Assembly: GCA_018825985.1 (NCBI GenBank)
Contig: JAHKAP010000071.1
Span: 7,556-71,555, forward strand
Length of the DNA: 64,000 nt
Origin: Candidatus Omnitrophota bacterium
GTDB taxonomy: Bacteria; Omnitrophota; Gorgyraeia; Gygaellales; Profunditerraquicolaceae
Direction of reading: 5' to 3'
Part shown: positions 46,624-56,008 of the stretch, piece after piece
Layout: the number at the start of each line of letters is the position of its first letter
Position numbering within the stretch: position 1 is the first letter of the stretch
The notes under the pieces: model-generated
What the model saw: only the letters and a program-made list of their open reading frames with translations
Told to the model about the DNA's origin: nothing
Databases searched by the model: none
Position numbers and translations under genes: made by a program

Positions 46624-48422
46624 TTTTCCCCCTCGGAAATTCTTGCCGGCTTTATGTCAATGGTTCTTTCTTCTATTTTACGCTCTGGATAATCCTGGAA
46701 AGCCTTGGGCGCGCCCGCTTCAGACTCTTCATTTATAGGCTTATAGTTTTGATATTCTTTATCTAAACGATACTGTAGATCGCGGTCATAGCCGGTTATA
46801 AACTCATCCCCTTTTATAATATGCGGGGTAATTAAAACCAGTAATTCGGTCCGGACGACTTTGGTGCTATCCTGGGAAAAAGCCTTACCTAAAAAAGGTA
46901 TCTTGCTTAAAAAAGGAGTTGCCTGCGAGTCTTTAACTTTCTCTTCCTTGCTTAACCCTCCGACTAGAATAGTCGTACCCTGTTTAACCATAACCGTGGT
47001 CTCAGCGGTAGAGGTATCGATTATAGGAATTTTATTCCCCTGGCTGGTCTCCAGGTAACTAAGAACGCTGCTGATCTCAGGCTTTATCTTTAATGTGACA
47101 AAACCTTCATCATTGATAGTGGGGGTCAGAAATAACTGCAGGCCTACATCGATATAAGTAACCGCCTCTGAGATGGTATCGGTGCTCTGGCTTTTGGTGG
47201 TAGTAGTCGTAATATATGCCTGCTTCTCGCCAACATGGATCTTGGCCTCCTGATTATTTATTACCGCTAATTTCGGATTAGAAAGTATCCGGGTCTCGCC
47301 TAATGTTTGCAGATATTTGATTATCGTATCAAAATCCTGGTCCTTAGTTACCATCCCAAGATGCATCTCCTGAGTCCCGATACTTTGTTTACCGCCGGCA
47401 AAATCAGCTGTGCTGGTCCCGGAAAAAGGATAGGAACCTACGGCATTTTGTTGATTCAGGGTCGCCAGCCTGGATTGCCAACCGGTAGTTGTGCTATTGA
47501 CTACATAACTAAAAGGATAAGCGCCAAGATAGGTTAAACCGCTATTAATTCCCAGGTCGAATAAACCCTCCCACTGTATACCGCTGCTTAATTGATTATT
47601 TAGCTTGACTTGAACTATCTTAGCGTCAATAAGGACTTGCTTGGTTTTTCCATCCAAACCATCTATCAATTTACTTATCTGCTCCATACGCTCAGGCAAG
47701 GTCTGAACAATAACTTGATTAGTCCGCTCGTCTGCCTTGATGTATCCGACTTTTTTTAAGTCCAGCTGAACCTGCAGCTGCGTCTCTACTTCTTTGGCCC
47801 GGGCGTACTTTAAATTAAATATCCGGATATCACTCATCTTCTCCATTGCCTTTACCGCCTCTTCCATATCGGATATCTTCTCCGGGGTATCTATGATCAA
47901 CACTGCTCCCGAATCAGCATCGATCATGACCTTGCCTACTTCGCTTTTAAAGGCATTGAGTAAAGTTGTGGCGTTTTCCGGTATAGTATAATTAATATGC
48001 AATACTTTGACCTGTCGCAGATCGGTAAAATTCTTTCCGTAACGGGCTTTAAATTCTTTTTCGGTCATTACGTTATAGATACTGCCTTGTTTATCATAGG
48101 CCAGGCTATTGCTGCGCAGCATTATATCAAATACATCTTTAACCGGGACATTGTCTACCATTAGAGTAATTCTGCCCCCCACATCCTTGGTTGGTATGAT
48201 ATTCAAGTTAGCCTTGCCGGCCAGAAATTTTAGGGCCTCATTCACCTCAATATCCCGCAGGTCCAAAGAGATGATTTTATCATTAAACTCCGGGGTCGGC
48301 GTAGACTGAGGGCCCATACCGATTAAAGCTGCCAGATGTTTATTATCATCCGCTGCCCGGGTAAAACCCAAAGTCAAATGGGCCGCAATAATTACAAATA
48401 TTATTACCCTTAATAACTTCAT
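46620..48422 (-). CDS. Secretin (GspD/PilQ family), module 1
   Basis: C-terminal secretin motif LVGGLSKEEKVKDSQATPFLSKIPFLGKAF...ELLVLITPHII. N0-like and N1-like domains are upstream. Signal peptide. Confidence 0.85.
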   Translation of the reverse strand: MKLLRVIIFVIIAAHLTLGFTRAADDNKHLAALIGMGPQSTPTPEFNDKIISLDLRDIEVNEALKFLAGKANLNIIPTKDVGGRITLMVDNVPVKDVFDIMLRSNSLAYDKQGSIYNVMTEKEFKARYGKNFTDLRQVKVLHINYTIPENATTLLNAFKSEVGKVMIDADSGAVLIIDTPEKISDMEEAVKAMEKMSDIRIFNLKYARAKEVETQLQVQLDLKKVGYIKADERTNQVIVQTLPERMEQISKLIDGLDGKTKQVLIDAKIVQVKLNNQLSSGIQWEGLFDLGINSGLTYLGAYPFSYVVNSTTTGWQSRLATLNQQNAVGSYPFSGTSTADFAGGKQSIGTQEMHLGMVTKDQDFDTIIKYLQTLGETRILSNPKLAVINNQEAKIHVGEKQAYITTTTTKSQSTDTISEAVTYIDVGLQLFLTPTINDEGFVTLKIKPEISSVLSYLETSQGNKIPIIDTSTAETTVMVKQGTTILVGGLSKEEKVKDSQATPFLSKIPFLGKAFSQDSTKVVRTELLVLITPHIIKGDEFITGYDRDLQYRLDKEYQNYKPINEESEAGAPKAFQDYPERKIEERTIDIKPARISEGEK

Positions 48423-48650
48423 CTATATGCCCACCAACTTTTTACGGATCAACACAAGAGGATAACCTTCGCTCGTAAGCGCGGATATCTTCTTAATGGA
48501 TTTATCCACCTGCTCCCGCTTATAAAAACGGATATTACTCTTTTTAAAAGCTATCCTTAACAAACCCACGCTGGTATATCGATTTATGGTCTGATAAGAA
48601 ATACGGTACTTTTTTTCTATATCTTTCGCGTCAATATATTTATTATTCAT
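48423..48650 (-). CDS. Small excisionase/MerR-type HTH DNA-binding protein (module 1)
   Basis: 75 aa. ISYQTINRYTSVGLLRIAFKKSNIRFYKREQV fits the HTH_17/excisionase pattern. It is a paralogue of 57047-57307. Confidence 0.5.
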   Translation of the reverse strand: MNNKYIDAKDIEKKYRISYQTINRYTSVGLLRIAFKKSNIRFYKREQVDKSIKKISALTSEGYPLVLIRKKLVGI

Positions 48651-48655
48651 CTTTT

Positions 48656-51600
48656 CTATTTCTGGTCAAAAGTCTCCCAGGTAACAATATACTTTCTTAC
48701 TTTTTCAGCATCCCCGTCTTTAGGCGAAATCACTAAATATTTCTTAAAATAATTAAGGGCCTTAGGCCTATCGTTTAAGTATTCGCCGTAAATCACACCC
48801 AGGTTATAGAGGCTTTCCGCGTCATTCTCCTTTACCTCCAGGACCTTCTCAAATTCAGCGATCGCCCTCTGATATTCCTGATTTTGGGTATATAAAACTC
48901 CCAGGTTATAATGCAAAGTCGCATTCTCCTGAGGCAATTTGCTATACCTCTTTTTAAGGTTCCGGTTCTGGTCGTTTAGCGATTTATACTTTTCTTCCAT
49001 TTGTATATAATCATGCTTCAGCTTAATAAACTCCTCCTGCATCGATTTAACTTGTCCTTCAAGCTCCTGTTTTCCTTTTACCTTCTGCTGATAATCCTGG
49101 TTCTGTTTGCTGTATTCCTGGCTTTTTAATATCAAGGCCTGCTGGGCGGCCTCGGATTCCCTGAATCTCTTTTCTGTCTGCTCTAAGGTATCCTGGAGCT
49201 TCTCTTTCACGGCCACCAAATCCAAATATTGCTGCCTTAAATTAGTAGTCTTCTGGGAACCATTAACATATTCATCCTTTAAAAACGCGTTCTGCTGGAC
49301 TAATTTTTTATTTTCATCCTCCAGCATGATCTTTTGGCTTTCCAAACCCTTGAGCTGCTCAGTGATCTGCTTTTGCTGAGACTGAAAAGATTCTTTATCC
49401 TGGGTCAATTGCTTAATCAAATCCTGAGAGAATTCAATGTCTTTCTGCAGTTTAGCGATCCTTTCATTTAAAACCTGGTTTTCGGAATCTCTCTGGGATT
49501 TCAGCTGAGCCAATTGGACGCTCGCCTGGCTGTATTGTTCTTTTAATTGTATACTCAGCGCTGAGGACTCCTCATATTGTTTATTGACTTTCAGGTACTG
49601 ATCCTTAGTCTGACTCATCCCGCCTTCAGTTTTAGCCAATTGCTGACGCAATTGCTCGGATTCCCTATCCTGCTCATAAAGTTTAGCTGAAAGTTCCTGC
49701 TTCTGCTGACTCAAGCTGGATACCTGATTTTGCAAGGAATTGATACTTTCATTAAGCTTAGAAAAGTCGCGTTCCAGATTCTGACTTTTAAGGGTCGCAG
49801 TTTGAGAATCTCTCTCCAGGCTGTTTTTCTGATTAGTTAACTCCTTAACCCTATTATTAAGCTGAGCCTGCTGACTAAGCAGGTTATCTTTATCAACAGT
49901 TAATTGCCGGGATAGATCCTGGAAGAATTTTACATCATTTAAAGCCCGGCCGGATTTCTCCATAATAACAGCCAACTCTTTATCCTTATCCAGTTTTAGC
50001 TGATTTAACTGAGTTTCTTTTTCAGTTCGGAACTTTATCAAGGCATCCTCATAAAGGTTAAGCCTGGCTTTTTGATCCGAGAGGTCCTTATTTAAAGACT
50101 TTACTTGGTCTTCAGACTTCTTTTTCGATTCCTGGCTAGAATTCAATAATTGGGTGATCTGCTCAAGCTGGGACTGGGAAGCCTTAAGGGCGTCATTGAG
50201 TTTAGAGCGCTCAGCGTCAAGAGACTGTTCCTTGGCTAAGAGCGATTGATTCTGTTTACTGAGCTGGTTGAATTCAGCGTCTTTCTGGGCCTTAAGCTCA
50301 GTGAGTTCTTTTTCTTTCTGGGATTTAAGCTGAGTGAATTGGTCATTTGCCAGGGCGAGCTCTTTCTCCTTCTGAGATTTTAAATCTAAGAGGTCCTTCT
50401 CTTTCTGGCTGGCCAAGGCGCTTAGCTCTTTATCTTTCTGGGATTTAAGCTGAGTGAGCTGGTTACTTAAATTATCCAGTTGTTTCTTAAGGTTAGCGGA
50501 TTCATTTATTGCGCTGGATTTAGTCTCATCAACCTTGGCTAACTGTTTACTGATCTGCTCAAGCTGGGACTGGGAAGCCTTAAGGGCGTCATTGAGTTTA
50601 GAGCGCTCCGCGTCAAGAGACTGTTCCTTGGCTAAGAGCGATTGGTTCTGTTTACTGAGCTGGTTGAATTCAGCGTCTTTCTGGGCCTTAAGCTCAGAGA
50701 GTTCTTTTTCTTTCTGGGCCTGAAACTTTTCCAGTTGCGAATCTTTTTGAGTCTTAAGATTAGCCAGTGTATTCTGGTAAATATTTAGGTTATCCTTAGC
50801 CTCCTGGTACTGTTTTTTCAAAACATTATAATCATTCTGGGCCAGGGTGAGCGCGTCCTGAGAAACTTGAGTATCTCTCTGCAGAGCAGCAACCTTATCT
50901 TTAAGGCTGATTAGTTCCGGCTCCTTTGAATTTTTATATAATGTAAATTGTTCATTCAATTTAGCTAATTCAGCGTCTTTTTGGGATTTTATCTGTTCGG
51001 CCTGGCCGCTTACCCTATCCAGATCTTTCTCTCTCTGAGCCTTAAGTTGAGTGAACTGGGAAGTCAAATCATCAATCTGCTTAAGCAGACGGCTATTATC
51101 TTCTTTTAAGCGGGCTGAATCTTGTTTCAGTTGAACAGCCTCTTGATCTTTCTTGGACTTGGCCTGATTTATTGCTTCTTCTTTTTGGCGGTCATAATCC
51201 GACAATAGAGCGTGTAATTGAACCAGCTGGCCGTCTAATACCGTTAATTCATCTTCTTTCTGAGCTTTGATCGCTTCGATATCTTTATCTTTTTGAGCTT
51301 TCGATTGAACAAACTGAACATTCAGCTCATTCAACTGTTGTTTTAAACGGGAATTTTCTCCTAAGGCCTGAGCCTGATACGCCTCTAACCCGGAAACCTT
51401 TTGTTTAACCTGCTCAAACTGCTGCTGGGTATTACGCAGCTGTTCTTCTAATGGCTGGTATTTTTTATTTAAATCTTGATTCTCCCGCTCTAAAGATATC
51501 TTTTGCTCATAAAGGGAGTTTGATTGTTCATTTAATTTATAATATTCTTTTTTAAGCTTTTCATATTCCTCGCTAATCTTAGGGTCGGATTGTTTACTTT

Positions 51601-52348
51601 TTTCTGCCAATTTGGCATTCTTCGATTCCAATTCTTTAGCAATCTTATTCTTTGTCTCCTCAACATTTGCCAAGTCACTAAGGGCCTGCTGAAGAGTATC
51701 GTTGAGCTCCTTGCCCTGTTTATCCAGATCGCTTACCTGGGCGAGCAGCCTCTGCTTCTCCTGGTCTGACTGAGCTAATTCCTTATTTAACTGCTTTAGT
51801 TTCTGGTCGCTTTGGGCATTCAGATCCTCATACCTTCCGGTTAGCTCATCCTGCTGCTTCCTGAGTTTATTCAATTCCTCGCGCATTTGATCAAGCTGCT
51901 TCTGACGCTCCTGAAGTTGTTTGGTAAAATCTTCGGCCTTGCCGGCAGATTCCTGATCAACCCTAACATTAGCTAACTGTTCAGAAAGAGTGGCATATTC
52001 ATTCTGGAGGTTCTGGCGCTCTCGCTCGATCGCTTGTTTATCTTTTTCCAAAGCTAGCCTCTGGGCATGCAATTCTTTCAATTGGGAGGATAATTGTTTC
52101 TGTTGAGCTTCAAGAACCTCCTTCTCCCCGATCAATTGCCGGTTTAGTTCTTTAGACGTCCGAAGGTCTTTTTCCAGCTGATTGGTTTTAGCGCCTTGAG
52201 CCTCCTGTTTAGAAACCTGGCCTGAAGTATCAGTCTGGGCAAAAGCCTGCCTGCCAGCAGGTAATCCAACCTGTTGGAATATTAAACCGATAAAAACGAA
52301 TAGCCGGATAAAATTCTGAATAAGTAAATCGCGCATTTTTTTCCTCAT
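48656..52348 (-). CDS. Giant secreted coiled-coil protein (1230 aa) with internal tandem repeats and C-terminal TPR domain
   Basis: N-terminal signal/anchor, then more than 1100 aa of Q/K/E/L-rich heptads with repeated QLKSQKEKEL and SLLAKEQSLDAERSKLNDALKASQSQLEQI blocks. The C-terminus is TPR-like (NLGVLYTQNQEYQRAIAEFEKVLE...YIVTWETF). Confidence 0.6.
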   Translation of the reverse strand: MRKKMRDLLIQNFIRLFVFIGLIFQQVGLPAGRQAFAQTDTSGQVSKQEAQGAKTNQLEKDLRTSKELNRQLIGEKEVLEAQQKQLSSQLKELHAQRLALEKDKQAIERERQNLQNEYATLSEQLANVRVDQESAGKAEDFTKQLQERQKQLDQMREELNKLRKQQDELTGRYEDLNAQSDQKLKQLNKELAQSDQEKQRLLAQVSDLDKQGKELNDTLQQALSDLANVEETKNKIAKELESKNAKLAEKSKQSDPKISEEYEKLKKEYYKLNEQSNSLYEQKISLERENQDLNKKYQPLEEQLRNTQQQFEQVKQKVSGLEAYQAQALGENSRLKQQLNELNVQFVQSKAQKDKDIEAIKAQKEDELTVLDGQLVQLHALLSDYDRQKEEAINQAKSKKDQEAVQLKQDSARLKEDNSRLLKQIDDLTSQFTQLKAQREKDLDRVSGQAEQIKSQKDAELAKLNEQFTLYKNSKEPELISLKDKVAALQRDTQVSQDALTLAQNDYNVLKKQYQEAKDNLNIYQNTLANLKTQKDSQLEKFQAQKEKELSELKAQKDAEFNQLSKQNQSLLAKEQSLDAERSKLNDALKASQSQLEQISKQLAKVDETKSSAINESANLKKQLDNLSNQLTQLKSQKDKELSALASQKEKDLLDLKSQKEKELALANDQFTQLKSQKEKELTELKAQKDAEFNQLSKQNQSLLAKEQSLDAERSKLNDALKASQSQLEQITQLLNSSQESKKKSEDQVKSLNKDLSDQKARLNLYEDALIKFRTEKETQLNQLKLDKDKELAVIMEKSGRALNDVKFFQDLSRQLTVDKDNLLSQQAQLNNRVKELTNQKNSLERDSQTATLKSQNLERDFSKLNESINSLQNQVSSLSQQKQELSAKLYEQDRESEQLRQQLAKTEGGMSQTKDQYLKVNKQYEESSALSIQLKEQYSQASVQLAQLKSQRDSENQVLNERIAKLQKDIEFSQDLIKQLTQDKESFQSQQKQITEQLKGLESQKIMLEDENKKLVQQNAFLKDEYVNGSQKTTNLRQQYLDLVAVKEKLQDTLEQTEKRFRESEAAQQALILKSQEYSKQNQDYQQKVKGKQELEGQVKSMQEEFIKLKHDYIQMEEKYKSLNDQNRNLKKRYSKLPQENATLHYNLGVLYTQNQEYQRAIAEFEKVLEVKENDAESLYNLGVIYGEYLNDRPKALNYFKKYLVISPKDGDAEKVRKYIVTWETFDQK
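50156..50719. repeat. Intragenic near-identical tandem repeat (about 168 bp, period 396 bp) within the giant coiled-coil gene
   Basis: gatctgctcaagctgggactgggaagccttaagggcgtcattgag...ttctttttctttctggg occurs at 50156-50323 and 50552-50719 with about 3 mismatches. Confidence 0.85.
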
Positions 52349-52386
52349 AAATACTCCGTTTTTTGAAATATTAAAAGTATACTTAT

Positions 52387-52469
52387 CACGGATTACCGCG
52401 GATTATTTCACGGATTTACACGGATATATCCGTGCCTATCCGCTATTTTGATCCGTGTTTATCCGTGCC
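52387..52469. promoter_or_regulatory. Mirrored array of CACGGAT / ATCCGTG motifs (4 + 4) in the putative promoter region of the giant coiled-coil operon
   Basis: tcacggatta ccgcggatta tttcacggat ttacacggat at|atccgtgc ctatccgcta ttttgatccgtg tttatccgtg. Confidence 0.35.
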
Positions 52470-52486
52470 ATAAAATCAATTTTAGA

Positions 52487-54304
52487 TTATCTTTTCTTCA
52501 TCCCCTTTACCGTTAGAGCATTTTTGCCAGCCGGAATAAAAACTTTTGAAGCTGGATCCGGTTTCTCCTGAATTTCGATCTCTTTAAAATCCAAGTCTTT
52601 ATATTCCTTTATGTTTTTGATAGATTCCTTATCTGTTCCCTTACCACTGACGCCGGTAACCAGATAATCGCCGCTGATTATTTTAGGGGTGAGTAAAATC
52701 AACAACTCAGTCGTGTCCTTATCATGCGACCTGACTTTGAACAAATTCCCCAGGAAAGGAATACTTCCTAAGAAAGGCGTTTGTTGCGAACTGCTCGTCT
52801 CCTGTTCCTTACGCAATCCGCCGATAACTATAGTCGAACCATCCTTTACCATAACTGTAGTCTCCGCCAAAGAAGTATCAAGAATCGGGATCTCGTTCTT
52901 AGTGGGCGTGATCAATGTATCAATAACAGAATTAACTTCGGCCTTTACTTTCAAAGTAATAAAACCCTCATCATTAATATTAGGAACAACGGAAAGCAAA
53001 ACCCCGGTATCAATAAAATTAACCTGTTCGGCAACGGTATTTGGGCCAGTGCTGCCGGTAGTCGTAGTAGTAGTGACATAGGCATCTTTAGTCCCGACGT
53101 GGATCTTAGCCTCCTGGTTATTAACCACTACTAATTTAGGGCTGGAAAGGATTTTAGTATCTCCCAAAGTAAGTATATATTTAAAGATCACATCAAAATC
53201 CTGTTTACCTACATTACCGATATGCAACTCCTGGGCGCCGATACTCTGTTTGCCTGCCGCATAATTCGAAGCTGTCCCGGTAAAAGGGTACGAACCGGCA
53301 CCAGTGGAATTAGCCCAGACTGTACTCCTGGAGCGCCAGGCATCAGTCGCGGCTTGCACCGCGCTAAACGGATACGCGCCCACATAAGACATACCGTATT
53401 TCCTGGCTACATCAAATATACCCTCCCACTGCGTGCCGACACTTCCTCCGCGGGATAATTTGATTTGGATCACCCGGGTATCGATCATGACTTCTTTAGT
53501 CTGCCGGTCAAGGCCCCTTACCAATTCCTCGACCTGTTTCATCCTCTCAGGCAAAGTTTGAATAATGATATTATTGCCCCGGTCGTCCGATTTGACCAGG
53601 CCTACCCTCTTCCCATCCAGCTGAAATTTAATGGTATCTTCTATGTCTTTAGCCCTGGCGTAATTTATTCTAATGATTTTAACTATATTATTTTCCTCAA
53701 ACCCCTGCATAGCCTGTTGAATTATCTCTATCCTATCCGGAGTATCTATAATCAAAACATTGCCTGATTCAGGGTCAACCAGTATCCTGCCCACTTCGCT
53801 TTTTAGGGTATCCAGAAAGCTAAAGGCCTGTTCAGGAATGGCATATTTCAATTTAAAAACCTTGACCTGGCGCACATCCGAAAAATTCTTTCCGTAAAGC
53901 GCTTTATACTCTTCCTGGGTCATAACATTATAGATATCGCCTTTTTTATCAAAAGCCAGGTTATTGCTGCGCAACATCACGTCGAAAACGTCTTTGACAA
54001 TAGCGTTTTCCACATTCAGGGTGATCCTTCCGCTAACCGACTTATTAGTGATCAGATTTACCCCGGTCTTTACTGATAAATATTTCAGGGCATCCACGAT
54101 ATCAATATTGCGCAGGTCCAGGGTAACCTTGCCTTCTATCCCTAAGCTTAAAGGGATAATCCTTGGTTCTGGAGCAGTAGCCGAAACAGCAGGAGCCGCA
54201 GGAATAGCCGCCTGGGCCAGGTTCTTAACAGCGTCTTCCTGCGCAGGTAGATTATTTACTAAAAAAATAAACACCCAAGCGTTCAGGATAAAAAACCTTT
54301 TCAC
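52487..54304 (-). CDS. Secretin (GspD/PilQ family), module 2
   Basis: IVIGGLRKEQETSSSQQTPFLGSIPFLGNLFKVRSHDKDTTELLILLTPKII. A paralogue of 46620-48422, collinear along the whole length. Confidence 0.85.
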   Translation of the reverse strand: MKRFFILNAWVFIFLVNNLPAQEDAVKNLAQAAIPAAPAVSATAPEPRIIPLSLGIEGKVTLDLRNIDIVDALKYLSVKTGVNLITNKSVSGRITLNVENAIVKDVFDVMLRSNNLAFDKKGDIYNVMTQEEYKALYGKNFSDVRQVKVFKLKYAIPEQAFSFLDTLKSEVGRILVDPESGNVLIIDTPDRIEIIQQAMQGFEENNIVKIIRINYARAKDIEDTIKFQLDGKRVGLVKSDDRGNNIIIQTLPERMKQVEELVRGLDRQTKEVMIDTRVIQIKLSRGGSVGTQWEGIFDVARKYGMSYVGAYPFSAVQAATDAWRSRSTVWANSTGAGSYPFTGTASNYAAGKQSIGAQELHIGNVGKQDFDVIFKYILTLGDTKILSSPKLVVVNNQEAKIHVGTKDAYVTTTTTTGSTGPNTVAEQVNFIDTGVLLSVVPNINDEGFITLKVKAEVNSVIDTLITPTKNEIPILDTSLAETTVMVKDGSTIVIGGLRKEQETSSSQQTPFLGSIPFLGNLFKVRSHDKDTTELLILLTPKIISGDYLVTGVSGKGTDKESIKNIKEYKDLDFKEIEIQEKPDPASKVFIPAGKNALTVKGMKKR

Positions 54305-55035
54305 TTTAATTCCATCTCCTCTTTATCGTAACTTAAAATTATCTTATCCTTAAAAACAGCCTGGACCTTGATCTCTCCGATGGACTGCCCTCTCTTAACA
54401 AAAAAAGTCCTTTTAGTGCCGGTATCTTCAATCATTACATCCGGGTCATCCGACCAAGATATGCCTACCAACTTCAGGTTTTTAGTCAATTCCACTATCT
54501 TTAACGGCTGTTTCTCTTCATCCTTTTGCATTGGTCCCATTTTAAAAATATCCCTCTGGCGTACTTTCTCAAGATAATATGATGAGGGTTTAATAGGAGA
54601 TAGTCCAGCCAGTCCTACCGGATTGGCAACCGCTGACTGAACCTTAAAATCCATTTGAGGGATTTTATTAACATTGATCATTGAAAATGAGAAATTTCCG
54701 GCAAAGTATACAGCCAGGATAAAAATCCCTAAATACATAAATCTATTAACTAACTTTATAACATCGGACTGGGATTGACCGACTTTAGACCATTTCTTAA
54801 ATTGGCCTTTAAAAAAAGAGAGCCTACCAATCCAGGCCTCTACGGAAAACAAACTAAGATTACGGTGCTGGAGAGCATAATCCTCAGCGGTCTTGGCAAT
54901 AATTTTCGGCTTAAGGCTAGACCCGTCTTCTATTATCGCCGCAGCGGGAGAAACCGCTTTTTTATTCTGCGATTCCTGCCCTTCTATAAGGCTTAATAAC
55001 TGTTTTTCTGGACTAAGGGATTTGTCTTGTGCCAT
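54301..55035 (-). CDS. Bitopic inner-membrane protein with GspC-HR/PilP-like C-terminal domain (putative secretin-interacting protein)
   Basis: One TM helix (YLGIFILAVYFAGNF). The C-terminal LKLVGISWSDDPDVMIEDTGTKRTFFVKRGQSIGEIKVQAVFKDKIILSY resembles the GspC HR/PilP domain pattern (L-x-G-I...A-I-I-E...G-x-x-I-G-x-x-x-V..I....V-L). Confidence 0.4.
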   Translation of the reverse strand: MAQDKSLSPEKQLLSLIEGQESQNKKAVSPAAAIIEDGSSLKPKIIAKTAEDYALQHRNLSLFSVEAWIGRLSFFKGQFKKWSKVGQSQSDVIKLVNRFMYLGIFILAVYFAGNFSFSMINVNKIPQMDFKVQSAVANPVGLAGLSPIKPSSYYLEKVRQRDIFKMGPMQKDEEKQPLKIVELTKNLKLVGISWSDDPDVMIEDTGTKRTFFVKRGQSIGEIKVQAVFKDKIILSYDKEEMELK

Positions 55036-55868
55036 CCTGATTTAACCTCATCATCTATAAGTTCTTTGGCCAACGCTGCGTCTACCACAAATTTATTTTG
55101 CAGCACCATATGCTTTAAGGCCTTGTGGCAAAACATGGTGATCTGGCGCGGATATCCTCGGCTGTATTGATAGATCTCCTTTATCGCCTCATCAAGAAAA
55201 ATATGCATATTTGACTTATATCCTGCCTGCCTGATCCGGAATTCTATCATCTCCCTTACTTCATCAATATCTAAAGGGTTTAAGGTATATTTAAAACTGA
55301 TCCGATCAAAAAAATTGGGCATACTGATTATTTTAGCGTGAAGTTCCAGCTGGCCCAAAAGGACAAGTTGCAGCAGTTTATATGAATTAGTCTCGTAATT
55401 AAGCAGGACTCTCAAAACCTCCATTGAGCTCTCGCTCAATTTCTGGGCCTCATCGACGATCAGGGTAACGATCTTATTTTCAGTTACGCCCTTCTGGAAA
55501 AGAAAACGCTCGAAAGACTCTCTTAGGTCCAATATATTTACCGGTTTACCCTCTAACACGGGATTATTTATTTCAAAATCCCTGGCCAGAGATGTAAGAA
55601 AAAGTTCCTCGCTTTCAAAAGTAGGATCAAGCACAATATTAAATATAAAATCATCCCGGTCCTTCAGCTCCTGGATCAATTTACGGGAGAGGGTAGTCTT
55701 GCCGGTCCCGATATCGCCCAAAATTACGCTCAAACCCCTTCTTAAGCGTAATTCTATTAAAATATTGGTCATTGCCCGCTCGTGCTCTTTTGACAGATAA
55801 AAGAACTCCGGGTCAGGACTAGTAGAAAACGGCTCTTTTTCAAAACCCAATATTTTAAAATAACTCAT
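54993..55868 (-). CDS. ExeA/GspA-like AAA+ ATPase (module 2)
   Basis: MSYFKILGFEKEPFSTSPDPEFFYLSKEHERAMTNILIE...ILGDIGTGKTTLSRKL. Confidence 0.85.
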   Translation of the reverse strand: MSYFKILGFEKEPFSTSPDPEFFYLSKEHERAMTNILIELRLRRGLSVILGDIGTGKTTLSRKLIQELKDRDDFIFNIVLDPTFESEELFLTSLARDFEINNPVLEGKPVNILDLRESFERFLFQKGVTENKIVTLIVDEAQKLSESSMEVLRVLLNYETNSYKLLQLVLLGQLELHAKIISMPNFFDRISFKYTLNPLDIDEVREMIEFRIRQAGYKSNMHIFLDEAIKEIYQYSRGYPRQITMFCHKALKHMVLQNKFVVDAALAKELIDDEVKSGWHKTNPLVQKNSY

Positions 55869-55902
55869 ATTTTTAACAAAGCGCTGAAAAAATAACTTTT
55901 GG

Positions 55903-55982
55903 CACGGATATACACGGATATAAATAACGGATCGACACGGATAATCCGCGGGAATCCGTTAATAGATCAGTGTACATCCGTG
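55903..55982. promoter_or_regulatory. Second mirrored CACGGATA / TATCCGTG-type array, upstream of the ExeA-like (module 2) gene
   Basis: ggcacggata tacacggata taaataacggatc gacacggata|atccgcgg gaatccgtt ...gtacatccgtgt. Confidence 0.35.
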
Positions 55983-56008
55983 TAAAAAATAATTTATTGA
56001 TCATCTCT

